Positions 20,201 to 29,182 of a stretch of 64,000 nucleotides of DNA are shown one piece after another. Within the stretch, counting starts at the first letter, position 1. Each line of letters begins with the position of its first letter. The DNA comes from an uncultured Gemmatimonadales bacterium (lineage in GTDB: Bacteria > Gemmatimonadota > Gemmatimonadetes > Palauibacterales > Palauibacteraceae). The notes under the pieces were generated by a model. That model did not search any database and was not told the origin of the DNA. It saw only the letters and a program-made list of their open reading frames with translations. A program made the translations under genes and the position numbers. The stretch spans positions 224,001 to 288,000 of the forward strand of contig CAWANJ010000003.1 of the NCBI GenBank assembly GCA_963783385.1, in the 5' to 3' direction.

Positions 20201-22008
20201 GACGCATCCTCCCCGGTCCCAGCCGCGCCGCGGGGCGCGCCGACCGCGGGCAGCCGGATCACGAAGCGGGCGCCGCCCTTCGCACGGTTGGCGGCCAGGA
20301 TGTCCCCTCCGTGCCTGCGCACCAGCCCCTGCGCCACGAACAGGCCGAGCCCGACGCCCTGCACCTCGTCCTTGGTCGTGAAGAACGCGTCGAAGAGCCT
20401 GGAGCGCGCCTCCTCGTCGAAGCCCGGTCCGCTGTCGAGCACCTCGATCCGGACCCATCCGTCCTCGTCCGCCGCCTCCCTTCCCGAGACGACGATCTCG
20501 ATGCGGCCCCGATCGGCGGAGGAGCCGCCCTCGATCGCCTCGGCGGCATTCTCGACGAGGTTGAGGAGGACCTGCTTGAGCGTGTCGGGCGCCACGGCCA
20601 CCTCGAGGTCCGGGGAGCCCCGCACGGTCACTGGGGGGCCCCCACCGTTTCGCGCCATCCCGGCCAGCTCGGCCACCTTGGCCGCCACGTCCGCCGGCCG
20701 GCAGACCTCGGCATCGGGGTCCAGCGGCCGGTAGGCGTCCAGCATCTGCTCCGAGAGCCGGTGCATCCGCAGCAGCTCGTCGATCGCCATGGAGGAGAAC
20801 TCCCGGAGGTCGGAGTCATCGCCCAGGCGGCGGTGGATTAGCTCGAGGCAGTTCCGGACGCTCGCCACCGGGTTGCGGATCTCGTGGGCCAGCTCGGTGA
20901 TGATGCGGCCGGTCGCCGACAGCCGGTCGCGCTGGATGAGCTCCGACTGCAGGGCCTGCAGACGCGCCTGTCGCTCCTCGAGCTGCTCGTTGGCTGCCGT
21001 GAGCTGGCCGATCTTCTCCTGGAGGCGCGAGCGCATCTCCCGGAAGGCCCGGCCCACCTGCTCGAGCTCGCGAATACGCGAGCCGGGGACGGGGGCCTCG
21101 AAGTCCCCGGCGGTGAGCCTCCGCGAGGCGTCCGACAGGGCCTGGACCGGCCGCGTCATCCTCGCGGCCAGGACGCCCCCCACCGCGAGGGCGAGGACGA
21201 GGGCGATGGCGACGGCCAGCAGAGCGCTGCGCCGGAGCTCGGGGAGCAGGGCGAGCTCGTCCGACACGCTGCGCAGGAAGGCGGCCTCGCCGGCCGCGCC
21301 CAGCGGCGCGACCGCGGCCCAGTAGCGCCGCCCCGACGCGTCCGACAGCTCGTGGACCGTGTGCGCCGCGCGCGACCACGCCGCGGCCGAGTCGGCGAGC
21401 ACGGCCGGCGCAGGCGCCCCGGCGGTCGAGGAGAACACGCTGCCCTCGGGACCGAGGAGCACGACCTCCGAGCGGGTGAGGGCGGCCAGCTCCCCGGCCA
21501 CCCGCGGACCCATGGGCGACAGGACGCCGGCCGCTCCCACCCAGCGTCCGTCCACCCGGAGCGGAGCGAGCGACAGCCGGTAGGGGGCCAAAGCCGAGTG
21601 TCCGAACACCACCGGCATGGCGCCGCCGCGGGTGCGCGTCACGACCCCGGGATCGGGGGCGGGATCGGTCCACGGCTCGCCGTCGGGTCCCACCACCACC
21701 GGCTCCTCGTCCGGACCTTCCACCGAGGCCCGGGCGATGCCGAGCGCCGCGGAGCGGCGGCCGGCGGCCACGGCCTCGGCCAGCCCGCCCGCCTGGGCCA
21801 GCTCCTTGGCCCGCATCATCAGGGCGTCCGAGCGGCCGGCGTTCCGGTCCTCGAGGATCATCGGCGTCATGGCCAGGTCCGCGCGCGCCTGGTGCTCGAG
21901 CTCGGCCGCCAGCCGCCGGTCCAGGGCGATGCCGCCCGGGACCAGGCCCAGCAGGAGGGCTCCACCGATCAGCGCGATCCACGCCCGGCGCAGGGATATC
22001 GTACGCAT
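20197..22008 (-). CDS. Sensor histidine kinase (TM-periplasmic-TM-HAMP-HisKA-HATPase)
   Basis: ELAHEIRNP H-box, QVLLNLVENA N-box, DSGPG, FFTTK, GVGLGL. Confidence 0.92.
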
Positions 22009-22133
22009 GGCTCCCGTCGGTCGATGCACGGTCCGGTCCCCTCCGGCCCGCGCGGGCCGGAGGGACCGAAGCCCAGTCGTGGCGCGCATCGCGGCCCACC
22101 GCGGGCCGGCTGCGTGCCGCCACGGGCTCGCGC

Positions 22134-22185
22134 CTGAAACGTCGCGCTGCCCGGCATGAAACATCTGAAACGTTGCACGAAACGG
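22134..22185. promoter_or_regulatory. Direct-repeat cluster (TGAAAC x3 + CGAAAC), candidate enhancer/UAS
   Basis: ctgaaacgt (22134), atgaaacat (22156), ctgaaacgt (22165), acgaaacgg (22177) in an AT-enriched patch of the divergent intergenic region. Confidence 0.5.
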
Positions 22186-22272
22186 TGGCCATGGGGAAGC
22201 CCCCGCTGCGGCCGCGGCCGCTTATGCCTTGCGTTACAAGGAGATCGGATCGCCCTTCGGGCCACAACCGGG

Positions 22273-22289
22273 AGGGATCGTGGCTTGCA
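22273..22289 (+). promoter_or_regulatory. Putative sigma54 -24/-12 promoter
   Basis: AG-GG-ATCGTGGCTT-GC-A: GG-N10-GC with TTGCA, about 70 nt before ATG 22358; the -24 box is imperfect. Confidence 0.4.
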
Positions 22290-22357
22290 CCCGGACCGGC
22301 GCACTACCGCGTCGAACGGCGCGACCGAGGATTCCACGAGCCCGGCGGAGGTACCCC

Positions 22358-23518
22358 ATGCACGTCTCGAGAAAGCTCACGGCCCTGGCGCTGGCGCTCG
22401 GCGCCGGCGCCCTGCTCGCGGGCTGTTCCGATCAGCCCTCGCCCACGGCCCCGGAGGCGAGTCTCCACCCGGGCGCCAGCCTGTCTCATGCGGAGCGTCA
22501 CCCCGGCTCGGGCATGGTGTATCTCATGTCCAACGCGGACGGTCCCAACGAGGTTCTGGTGTTCAGCCGCTCCACCGACGGCTCCCTCACGGCGGAGAAG
22601 CCCGTGCCCACGGGCGGCCTCGGGACCGGCGGCGGCCTGGGGAACCAGTCCGCCGTCGTGCTCTCGAGCGACGGTCGCTGGCTCCTGGTCGCCAACCCCG
22701 GCAGCGACGACGTCACCGTATTCCGGGTGCGGAACGGTGAGCTGGAGCGCACGGACGTGCAGGCCTCCGGCGGCGACATGCCCGTGAGCATAGCCATGCA
22801 CGGCTCCCTGGTCTACGTTCTGAACGCCGGGTCCCCGAACAGCGTCACCGGCTTCCGGCTGTGGCACGATGGCTCGCTGCGGCCCATCCCCGGCTCGTCC
22901 CGGCCGCTCAGCGCCGCCTCGACCGGCCCGGCCCAGGTGGGCTTCGATCCCCGTGGCCGCGTCCTGGTGGTAACCGAGAAGGCGACGAACACGATCACGA
23001 CCTTCGCCGTGAATCGCGGCGGCCTCCTCTCGGGTCCCAACTCCCAGGCGTCGGAGGGACAGACCCCCTTCGGCTTCGGCTTCGATCACCGCGGCCTGCT
23101 GATCGTGTCGGAGGCCACGACGGGCAGTGTCTCCAGCTACCGCGTGGGTCCGGGCGGCGGGCTCACGGCCATCAGCGCCGCCGTGTCCACGACCGAGACG
23201 GCCGCCTGCTGGATCGCGGTGTCGCGGAACGGCCGATACGCCTACTCCACCAACGGCGGAAGCGGCAGCGTGACGGGCGTGCGGATCGGGCACGACGGAA
23301 GCCTGCACCTGCTGGACGCCGACGGGCGCACCGGGGTGACCGGTCCGGGGAGCGTCCCGCTCGATGCGGCGTTCAGCCTGGGCGGGCGCTACCTGTACGT
23401 GCTGAGCTCCGGCCTGCACGAGGTGAGCGTCTTCCGGTTCGGTCCCGACGGCAGCCTCACCCCGCTTCCGGGGGCCTCGGGCCTTCCGGCCACCGCCAAC
23501 GGAATGGCCGTGCGCTGA
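22358..23518 (+). CDS. Lactonase family 7-bladed beta-propeller lipoprotein
   Basis: Lipobox LLAGC; blades S.DGRWLLVAN.GSDDVTVF, ACWIAVS.NGRYAY, SLGGRYLYVL; GGAGG SD. Confidence 0.88.
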   Translation: MHVSRKLTALALALGAGALLAGCSDQPSPTAPEASLHPGASLSHAERHPGSGMVYLMSNADGPNEVLVFSRSTDGSLTAEKPVPTGGLGTGGGLGNQSAVVLSSDGRWLLVANPGSDDVTVFRVRNGELERTDVQASGGDMPVSIAMHGSLVYVLNAGSPNSVTGFRLWHDGSLRPIPGSSRPLSAASTGPAQVGFDPRGRVLVVTEKATNTITTFAVNRGGLLSGPNSQASEGQTPFGFGFDHRGLLIVSEATTGSVSSYRVGPGGGLTAISAAVSTTETAACWIAVSRNGRYAYSTNGGSGSVTGVRIGHDGSLHLLDADGRTGVTGPGSVPLDAAFSLGGRYLYVLSSGLHEVSVFRFGPDGSLTPLPGASGLPATANGMAVR

Positions 23519-23542
23519 GCGCCCGGTCCCTCCCCTCCCACC

Positions 23543-23576
23543 ACGGCTCCCCGCCGGTCGCCCGGCGGGGAGCCGT
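23543..23576 (+). terminator. Hairpin after the lactonase gene
   Basis: acggctccccgccgg-tcgc-ccggcggggagccgt, perfect 15-bp stem. Confidence 0.65.
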
Positions 23577-23794
23577 CTCACATCCGACCCCTCCGGATCA
23601 CGCCCGGGGCGCGTGCGGCGGCAAGCCGTCCGCGAGGAACCGTGCGCCGACGGCCGGGGCTCCCGGGGGCGTGCCGCTGGCCGGATCGCCGCGCCGTGCC
23701 GACTTTACGAACTCGTCGCCGCGGCACGTCGCGGACCCGATCGCATCCGGCGCCGCCGGTAACGGGGCGCGGGCGCCAGGGAGAGGGAGGCCAC

Positions 23795-25219
23795 GTGTAC
23801 CAGCCCCGCGTCGCAGTCGTCGGCTCCGGCCCGAACGGCCTGGCCGCGGCGGCCGCCCTCGCCCGGGCCGGACACCCGCCGATCGTGTTCGAGGCCGACG
23901 CCGAGATCGGGGGCGGCCTGCGGAGCGCCGCGCTCACCCGGCCCGGCTACCTCCACGACGTGTGCGCGGCCGTGCATCCCCTGGGGGTCGCGTCCCCCTT
24001 CTTCCGCGGCCTTCCCCTGGCCGAGCACGGCCTGGAGTGGGTCCATCCCGACGTGCCAATGGCCCACCCGTTCGACGACGGCACGGCGGCCGAGCTGAGG
24101 CGCTCCCCCCGCGAGACGGCGGACACGCTCGACGCCTCCGACCGCCGCGCTTACACGTCGCTGGTCGAACCGTTGCTCGAGCGGTGGGACGCGCTGCTGG
24201 AGGACGCCCTGTCGCCCCTGCTCCGGGTACCGGATCACCCGCTCCTCATGGCCCGGTTCGGCCTCTCGGCGCTCCGGTCCGCCGTCGGGCTGGCCCGGAG
24301 CCGGTTCTCCGGACCCCGGGCTCGGGCCCTGTTCGCGGGGCTGGCCGCGCACACCTTCGAGCCGCTCGAGTCGGCCCCGACGGCCGCGTTCGGGCTCGTG
24401 CTCGGCCTGGCCGGGCATGCCGTAGGGTGGCCGTTCGCGCGCGGCGGATCGGGCCGAATCGCCACGGCGCTGGCCGGCGTCATAGGGGAGCACGGGGGCG
24501 AGATCGTGACCGGGAAGGAGGTCACCTCGCTCGGGGAGCTCGGGGATGTGGACACGGTCCTCCTGGACCTCACGCCCCGCCAGGTCCTGCGCGTGGCGGG
24601 CGAGCGACTGCCCGCCGGCTACCGGCGCGGCCTCGGCCGCTACCGCTACGGGCCGGGCGTCTTCAAGGTCGACTGGGCCCTGTCGCAGCCGATCCCGTGG
24701 CGGGCCGAGGCCTGCCGCCGAGCCGGGACCGTGCACCTGGGCGGCACCCTCGGGGAGATCGCCGCCTCGGCCCGCGGCGCCTGGGAGGGCCGCGACCCCG
24801 AGCGCCCCTTCGTCCTGGTGGCGCAGCCCACCCTGTTCGACCCCTCCCGGGCGCCCGAGGGGCGGCACGTCGCCTGGGGCTACATCCACGTGCCCCATGG
24901 CTCGGACCGCGACTTCACGGACCGGGTCGAGGCGCAGATCGAGCGCTTCGCTCCCGGCTTCCGGGACGTGGTGCTGGAGCGCGCCGCGCGCACGGCGGCC
25001 GGGCTCGAGGCCTACAACCCCAACATGATCGGGGGGGACATCAACGGCGGCGCGGCGGACCTCGGCCAGCTCCTGTTCCGGCCGGCCGCACGGCTGGATC
25101 CGTACGCCACGCCGGTCGACGGGCTCTACCTGTGCTCCGCCTCCACGCCCCCGGGCGGCGGGGTGCACGGCATGTGCGGCTTCCACGCCGCCAGCTCGGC
25201 GCTGCGCAGGCTGGGCTGA
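23795..25219 (+). CDS. NAD(P)/FAD-dependent oxidoreductase (phytoene dehydrogenase-like, COG1233)
   Basis: VVGSGPNGLAAA, HDVCAAVHP, GGDINGG, YLCSASTPPGGGVHGMCG. Confidence 0.9.
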   Translation: MYQPRVAVVGSGPNGLAAAAALARAGHPPIVFEADAEIGGGLRSAALTRPGYLHDVCAAVHPLGVASPFFRGLPLAEHGLEWVHPDVPMAHPFDDGTAAELRRSPRETADTLDASDRRAYTSLVEPLLERWDALLEDALSPLLRVPDHPLLMARFGLSALRSAVGLARSRFSGPRARALFAGLAAHTFEPLESAPTAAFGLVLGLAGHAVGWPFARGGSGRIATALAGVIGEHGGEIVTGKEVTSLGELGDVDTVLLDLTPRQVLRVAGERLPAGYRRGLGRYRYGPGVFKVDWALSQPIPWRAEACRRAGTVHLGGTLGEIAASARGAWEGRDPERPFVLVAQPTLFDPSRAPEGRHVAWGYIHVPHGSDRDFTDRVEAQIERFAPGFRDVVLERAARTAAGLEAYNPNMIGGDINGGAADLGQLLFRPAARLDPYATPVDGLYLCSASTPPGGGVHGMCGFHAASSALRRLG

Positions 25220-25272
25220 GACCGCCGGGGCGATGCGTACGGCCATGCCGAGCGCCGATCGAGCCTCCTCGA

Positions 25273-25298
25273 TTCAACGTTTCCTCGGTCCACCTGTA
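25273..25298 (+). promoter_or_regulatory. Putative ECF-sigma promoter
   Basis: TTCAAC-N16-TGTA, resembling TGAAAC-N16-CGTA ECF promoters, upstream of an operon containing an ECF gene. Confidence 0.45.
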
Positions 25299-25375
25299 GG
25301 GTAGGGTGAACGGCGGCCGCGAACGAGCATCGCCAGCGAGCCCGCTGAACCCGGAACTTGGTCGAGGAGAATACA

Positions 25376-25966
25376 ATGTCCCCGTGGAAGCGATGGACGA
25401 CAATGGCGGCCGCCGCAATGTTCGTGGGGCTGACGATGCAGACGGCCCTCTCCGCGCAGGAGCCGACGCTGCCGAAGGACGGCAAGGCCCTGGCTTCGCA
25501 GCTCGGGCTCTCACAGGATGAGGCCACCAGGCTGATGCCCGACCTGAACCAGCTCGCGAGCGTGCTGACGCAGCACGAGCAGATGCTGCAGCAGGCCCGG
25601 TCGGTCCGGACGGAGCTGCACGAAGCCCTCACGAAGGTGGCGCCCACCCTCACCCCCGAGCAGCGCCAGGCGCTCATGGGGCTGGTGTGGCAGGGGAACG
25701 GTTCGGGCTATGGCATGCGCGGCGGCATGGGCCAGGGGATGCGCGGCGGCATGGGCCAGGGTATGCGCGGCGGCATGGGCCAGGGGATGCACCAGGGCAT
25801 GGGTCAGGGCATGCACCAGGGCATGCGCGGCGGCATGGGCCAGGGCATGCACCAGGGCATGGGTCCCGGAGCGAACGGCATGGGCCCGGCCAACTGCCCG
25901 TACCTGAACGTAAAGCCGCAGGGCGCTGACTCGACGAGCGCGGGCGGCGCTCCGCAGGGCCGGTAG
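25376..25966 (+). CDS. Secreted Spy/CpxP-like helical protein with Met/Gly/His-rich tail
   Basis: GAGGAG SD; signal peptide; QLGLS and LTPEQR motifs; 13 GMxx tetrapeptides. Confidence 0.75.
   Translation: MSPWKRWTTMAAAAMFVGLTMQTALSAQEPTLPKDGKALASQLGLSQDEATRLMPDLNQLASVLTQHEQMLQQARSVRTELHEALTKVAPTLTPEQRQALMGLVWQGNGSGYGMRGGMGQGMRGGMGQGMRGGMGQGMHQGMGQGMHQGMRGGMGQGMHQGMGPGANGMGPANCPYLNVKPQGADSTSAGGAPQGR
25712..25867 (+). repeat. Coding tandem repeat, 13 x 12-nt units (GMRG/GMGQ/GMHQ/GMGP)
   Basis: ggcatgcgcggc / ggcatgggccag / ggcatgcaccag units, first six arranged as three near-identical 24-mers. Confidence 0.9.
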
Positions 25967-26079
25967 CCCGACGGTCGATCGAGGCCGCATCGTGCGGCGC
26001 GAGGGAGGGTGGATCGGTGCCTCGCGGCCGGATCCGCCCGCCCACAGTATCCTGAGCTCGACATGAACGACGAAGGGCG

Positions 26080-26682
26080 ATGGCGGGAGGCGGACACGGC
26101 TCCGACAGCACGCCGGAGGGCGAGGGGCTCGGCACACCCGACGAGCTCCTGGCCCGCCGCGTCCAGGCGGGCGAGCGCGAGGCGTTCGCCGAGCTGGCGC
26201 GGCGGTACCTGCGTCCGATCCACGCCGTGGTGGGCTCCTTCCTCTCCGAGCCCGCCGATGTCGAGGACGCCTCGCAGGAGACCTTCCTGCGGGCGCTCGA
26301 GGCGATCGCCGGCTTCGATGCGGACCGGCCGTTCGCTCCATGGCTGTACCAGATCGCCCGGAACGTGGCCCGAAACCGCCTCGACCACCGGAGACGGTGG
26401 CGAACCGAGGACGCAGGGGACGACCTGGCCTCCGCGTCGGCGAACCCCGGTGTCTCGGTGGAGCGGACGGAGATTCGCTCCCTGGTCGACGGGGTCCTGG
26501 CGCGCATGCCGGACAAGAGACGCACGGCCTTCCGCCTGTTCGATATCGAGGGCTACACCTCGGCGGAGACGGCCCGGTTGATGGGGATCTCCGAGGGAAC
26601 CGTGCGATCGCACGTGCACCACGCACGGCGAACGCTGAGGAGCGAGTTGGAGCCCCTCATGGGGGGAGACGAGGGACGATGA
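26080..26682 (+). CDS. ECF RNA polymerase sigma factor
   Basis: EAFAELARRY, EDASQETFLRAL, FAPWLYQIARN, RTAFRLFDIEGYTSAETARLMG..EGTVRSHVHHAR. Confidence 0.9.
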   Translation: MAGGGHGSDSTPEGEGLGTPDELLARRVQAGEREAFAELARRYLRPIHAVVGSFLSEPADVEDASQETFLRALEAIAGFDADRPFAPWLYQIARNVARNRLDHRRRWRTEDAGDDLASASANPGVSVERTEIRSLVDGVLARMPDKRRTAFRLFDIEGYTSAETARLMGISEGTVRSHVHHARRTLRSELEPLMGGDEGR

Positions 26683-27104
26683 GGCACGATACGCCCGAAC
26701 CATTGCCGCCCGAGTGGCTGCCGGATCCGGTCGGACCGGCCCGCGGTGGCGATCCCGGCGTGTGGGATCACCGTCTCCGGGAGCTCATGAGCGCCGCCGA
26801 GCCGCGTCTGGCCGAGCTGGCTAGACAGGGCGCACATCGGCCGGCGCCGCGCGTGGCGACGACCTGGTGGACATTGCTCGCGGCGCGCTGGCGGGCCGCC
26901 GTCGGAGCGGCGGCGCTCGCGGCCGCGGCCGCCATGCTCGTGGTGCAGGTGCTCCCGTCGCCCTCGTCGCCTCCGGCCGAGGCCGGGACCTTCAGCCTGA
27001 CCGCGATGGCGGGGGAGGGGACGGCCGTGGCGGTGTGGCAGGGGCTGGGGAGCGAGGCGGATCCGACGCTGGCCCAGATCGTCCTCCAGGGAGCCTCCCG
27101 ATGA
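26679..27104 (+). CDS. Putative anti-sigma factor, single TM
   Basis: ATGA overlap with the ECF stop; TM AAVGAAALAAAAAMLVV. Confidence 0.6.
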   Translation: MRHDTPEPLPPEWLPDPVGPARGGDPGVWDHRLRELMSAAEPRLAELARQGAHRPAPRVATTWWTLLAARWRAAVGAAALAAAAAMLVVQVLPSPSSPPAEAGTFSLTAMAGEGTAVAVWQGLGSEADPTLAQIVLQGASR

Positions 27105-27628
27105 GCCCGTGGAGCCCGGGGCCTCGCTGGCAGGCGGGCCTCATCGCCGCGGTCCTGTTCGGGCTCGGCGTCGTGGCCGGGGTCGTGGCCGATCGCGCCT
27201 GGATGGCCCGGTCGGCGGGAGCGGCCCCGGCTCCGCCTCTCACCGTCGCGAGCATGGCCGACGCGCTCGGACTCGACGGGGCCACGCGGGAGCGGGTGGC
27301 TGCGCTGCTGGACAGCCTGCAGCCCGAGATCGCGCGGGCCGCCGCGGTCGGCCCCGATTCCCTGCGGGGGGCCACGATGCGCGCGCACGCCCGCCTCATG
27401 GAGGCCCTCCCGCCGGACCGCCGGGCCGAGTTCCAGCGCTGGCTCGACGCGCGCCACGCGCACATGCTGGAGCGCATGCATCACATGATGCCGGGCATGA
27501 TGGGACCGGGTGGACGTCCGGGCATGAGTCCGGGCATGGGGCCCGGCATGATGCGTCCCGGCTCCGCCGGCGTGCGGCCCGGCGGGATGGAGCCGGGGGC
27601 GCACCGGCCCGGACCTAGCCGCCGCTGA
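27101..27628 (+). CDS. Membrane-anchored periplasmic sensor-like protein (CnrX/Spy-like) with His/Met-rich tail
   Basis: ATGA overlap; TM LIAAVLFGLGVVAGVVA; LGLD and LPPDRRAEF helical-hairpin motifs; HAHMLERMHHMMPGMMG tail. Confidence 0.65.
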   Translation: MSPWSPGPRWQAGLIAAVLFGLGVVAGVVADRAWMARSAGAAPAPPLTVASMADALGLDGATRERVAALLDSLQPEIARAAAVGPDSLRGATMRAHARLMEALPPDRRAEFQRWLDARHAHMLERMHHMMPGMMGPGGRPGMSPGMGPGMMRPGSAGVRPGGMEPGAHRPGPSRR

Positions 27629-27896
27629 CGGAGGGCAGCACCAGGATCTCGGCGTCGGGCTCCAGGGGGGTGTCCAGCCCGCCCGTCCGCCGCACGCTGT
27701 TCGTCCCCACGAACAGGTTGACGTGCTGCCGGACCTCGCCCTGCTCGGTGACAATGCGGTCGTAGACCGCCGCGTGCTCCGTCCGCAGGGCCGCGAGCGC
27801 CTCGCCGACCGTCTCGGGACGTCCCGCCAGCGTGACCGACGCTTCACCTCCCGCCAGCTCCCGGAGAGGCGCCGGGAGGACCACGACCACGCTCAC
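27615..27896 (-). CDS. MoaD/ThiS family ubiquitin-like protein
   Basis: V.LPAPLR...TVGEALAAL...VNLFVG...ILVLPSVSGG with C-terminal GG. Confidence 0.9.
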   Translation of the reverse strand: MSVVVVLPAPLRELAGGEASVTLAGRPETVGEALAALRTEHAAVYDRIVTEQGEVRQHVNLFVGTNSVRRTGGLDTPLEPDAEILVLPSVSGG

Positions 27897-29023
27897 GCCG
27901 CGCCCACGACCGACGCTTTGACGCACACGACCGGGGGGAGCTCCTCCTGCAGGGCCTCCCACGACTCGCCCTCGTCCCGCGAGGCGTATACGCGGCCGCT
28001 CCGGGTGCCGAAGTACACGCCCGCCGCGTCCAGTGAGTCCACGTCGAGGGCGTCGCGCAGCACCGTCTCGTAGGCGTTCTCCTGGGGGAGCCCCCGGGTC
28101 ATCGGCTCCCACGAGGTCCCGGCATCACGCGTGCGGTACACCCGGAGCTGCGCCCCCGGCGTGCAGCGGAATCCGTCCGATTCGAGGGGCACGATATAGG
28201 CGGCGTCGGGGTCGTGCGGATGGACGGCCATGCAGAAGCCGAAGTCCGAGGGGACGCCGTCCGCCACGTCCTTCCACGAGTCGCCCCAGTCGTCGCTCCG
28301 GTACAGCCCCCAGTGGTTCTGCAGGAAGAGCCGCTCGGGCCGGGCCGGGTGGTGCGCGACCTTGTGCACGCACTGTCCGAACTCCGGATACTTGTCCGGC
28401 AGGAACTCGGCCCGCACGCCCGCGTTGCGGGCCCGCCACGTGGCGCCCCCGTCGTCCGTCCGGTACACGCCCCCCGTGGATTGCGCGATCAGCATCCGCT
28501 CGGACGAGGACGGATCCGGGAGGATCGTGTGCAGGCACAGGCCCCCGTTGCCCGGCGTCCAGTGGGCCCGGTGCTCGTGGTCCAGGTGTCCGGCCACGGC
28601 GGTCCAGCTCTCGCCGCCGTCGGTGCTCTCGAACAGGCAGGTGGGCTCGACCCCCAGGAAGAGCCGGTCCGGCTCCCCGTCTCGGCCGGGCCGGATCTGC
28701 CAGATTCGCTTGAGCGAGAGGCCGGAGGTCTCCGGGAAGCGCACGGGTCGCTCGTCCTTCCCGGACCAGGTGGCGCCCCCGTCGACGGACTTCCGGAGGG
28801 TCGTCCCGAAGAAGGCGCTCCCGGGCGCGGCCCACAGGTCACGCCGCCCGCCGCGCTGGTCGAAGGCGAGGGCGTAGACTTCCTCGCCCGGGAAGTGCGG
28901 GCCGTCCATCTCCCAGCGCTTCCGATCGGCGTCCGACCGGAACAGGAAGGCGCCCTTGGTGGTCCCGACCATCAGGAGGACGTCGCCCTCCCGGAGCTGG
29001 AGTCCTCGTGGCGTCTCGGGCAT
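27893..29023 (-). CDS. BNR/Asp-box repeat beta-propeller (sialidase-like)
   Basis: Repeated S/T.DGG.(T/S)W Asp-boxes; VGTTKGAF, QCVHKV, QNHWGLYRSDD, PSDFGF; no signal peptide. Confidence 0.88.
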   Translation of the reverse strand: MPETPRGLQLREGDVLLMVGTTKGAFLFRSDADRKRWEMDGPHFPGEEVYALAFDQRGGRRDLWAAPGSAFFGTTLRKSVDGGATWSGKDERPVRFPETSGLSLKRIWQIRPGRDGEPDRLFLGVEPTCLFESTDGGESWTAVAGHLDHEHRAHWTPGNGGLCLHTILPDPSSSERMLIAQSTGGVYRTDDGGATWRARNAGVRAEFLPDKYPEFGQCVHKVAHHPARPERLFLQNHWGLYRSDDWGDSWKDVADGVPSDFGFCMAVHPHDPDAAYIVPLESDGFRCTPGAQLRVYRTRDAGTSWEPMTRGLPQENAYETVLRDALDVDSLDAAGVYFGTRSGRVYASRDEGESWEALQEELPPVVCVKASVVGAA

Positions 29024-29182
29024 GGGCTCGCTCCCGAAGCTGGGGTGACGACGGCGGGGTCCGGGCCCGACCGGGGAAGGTCGGACCGGCGATTCCCTCC
29101 AGCCTAATCAAGCGGCCGCGTGAGATCCAGATCGGGCCGGGGCGCGGTTGCCGGAGCGCCCGCCCCCGCGTCTAATGTCGGC

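Noticed and set aside
25712-25867. Tandem repeat considered as a CRISPR array
   Set aside because: 12-nt in-frame coding units with no unique spacers and no cas genes.
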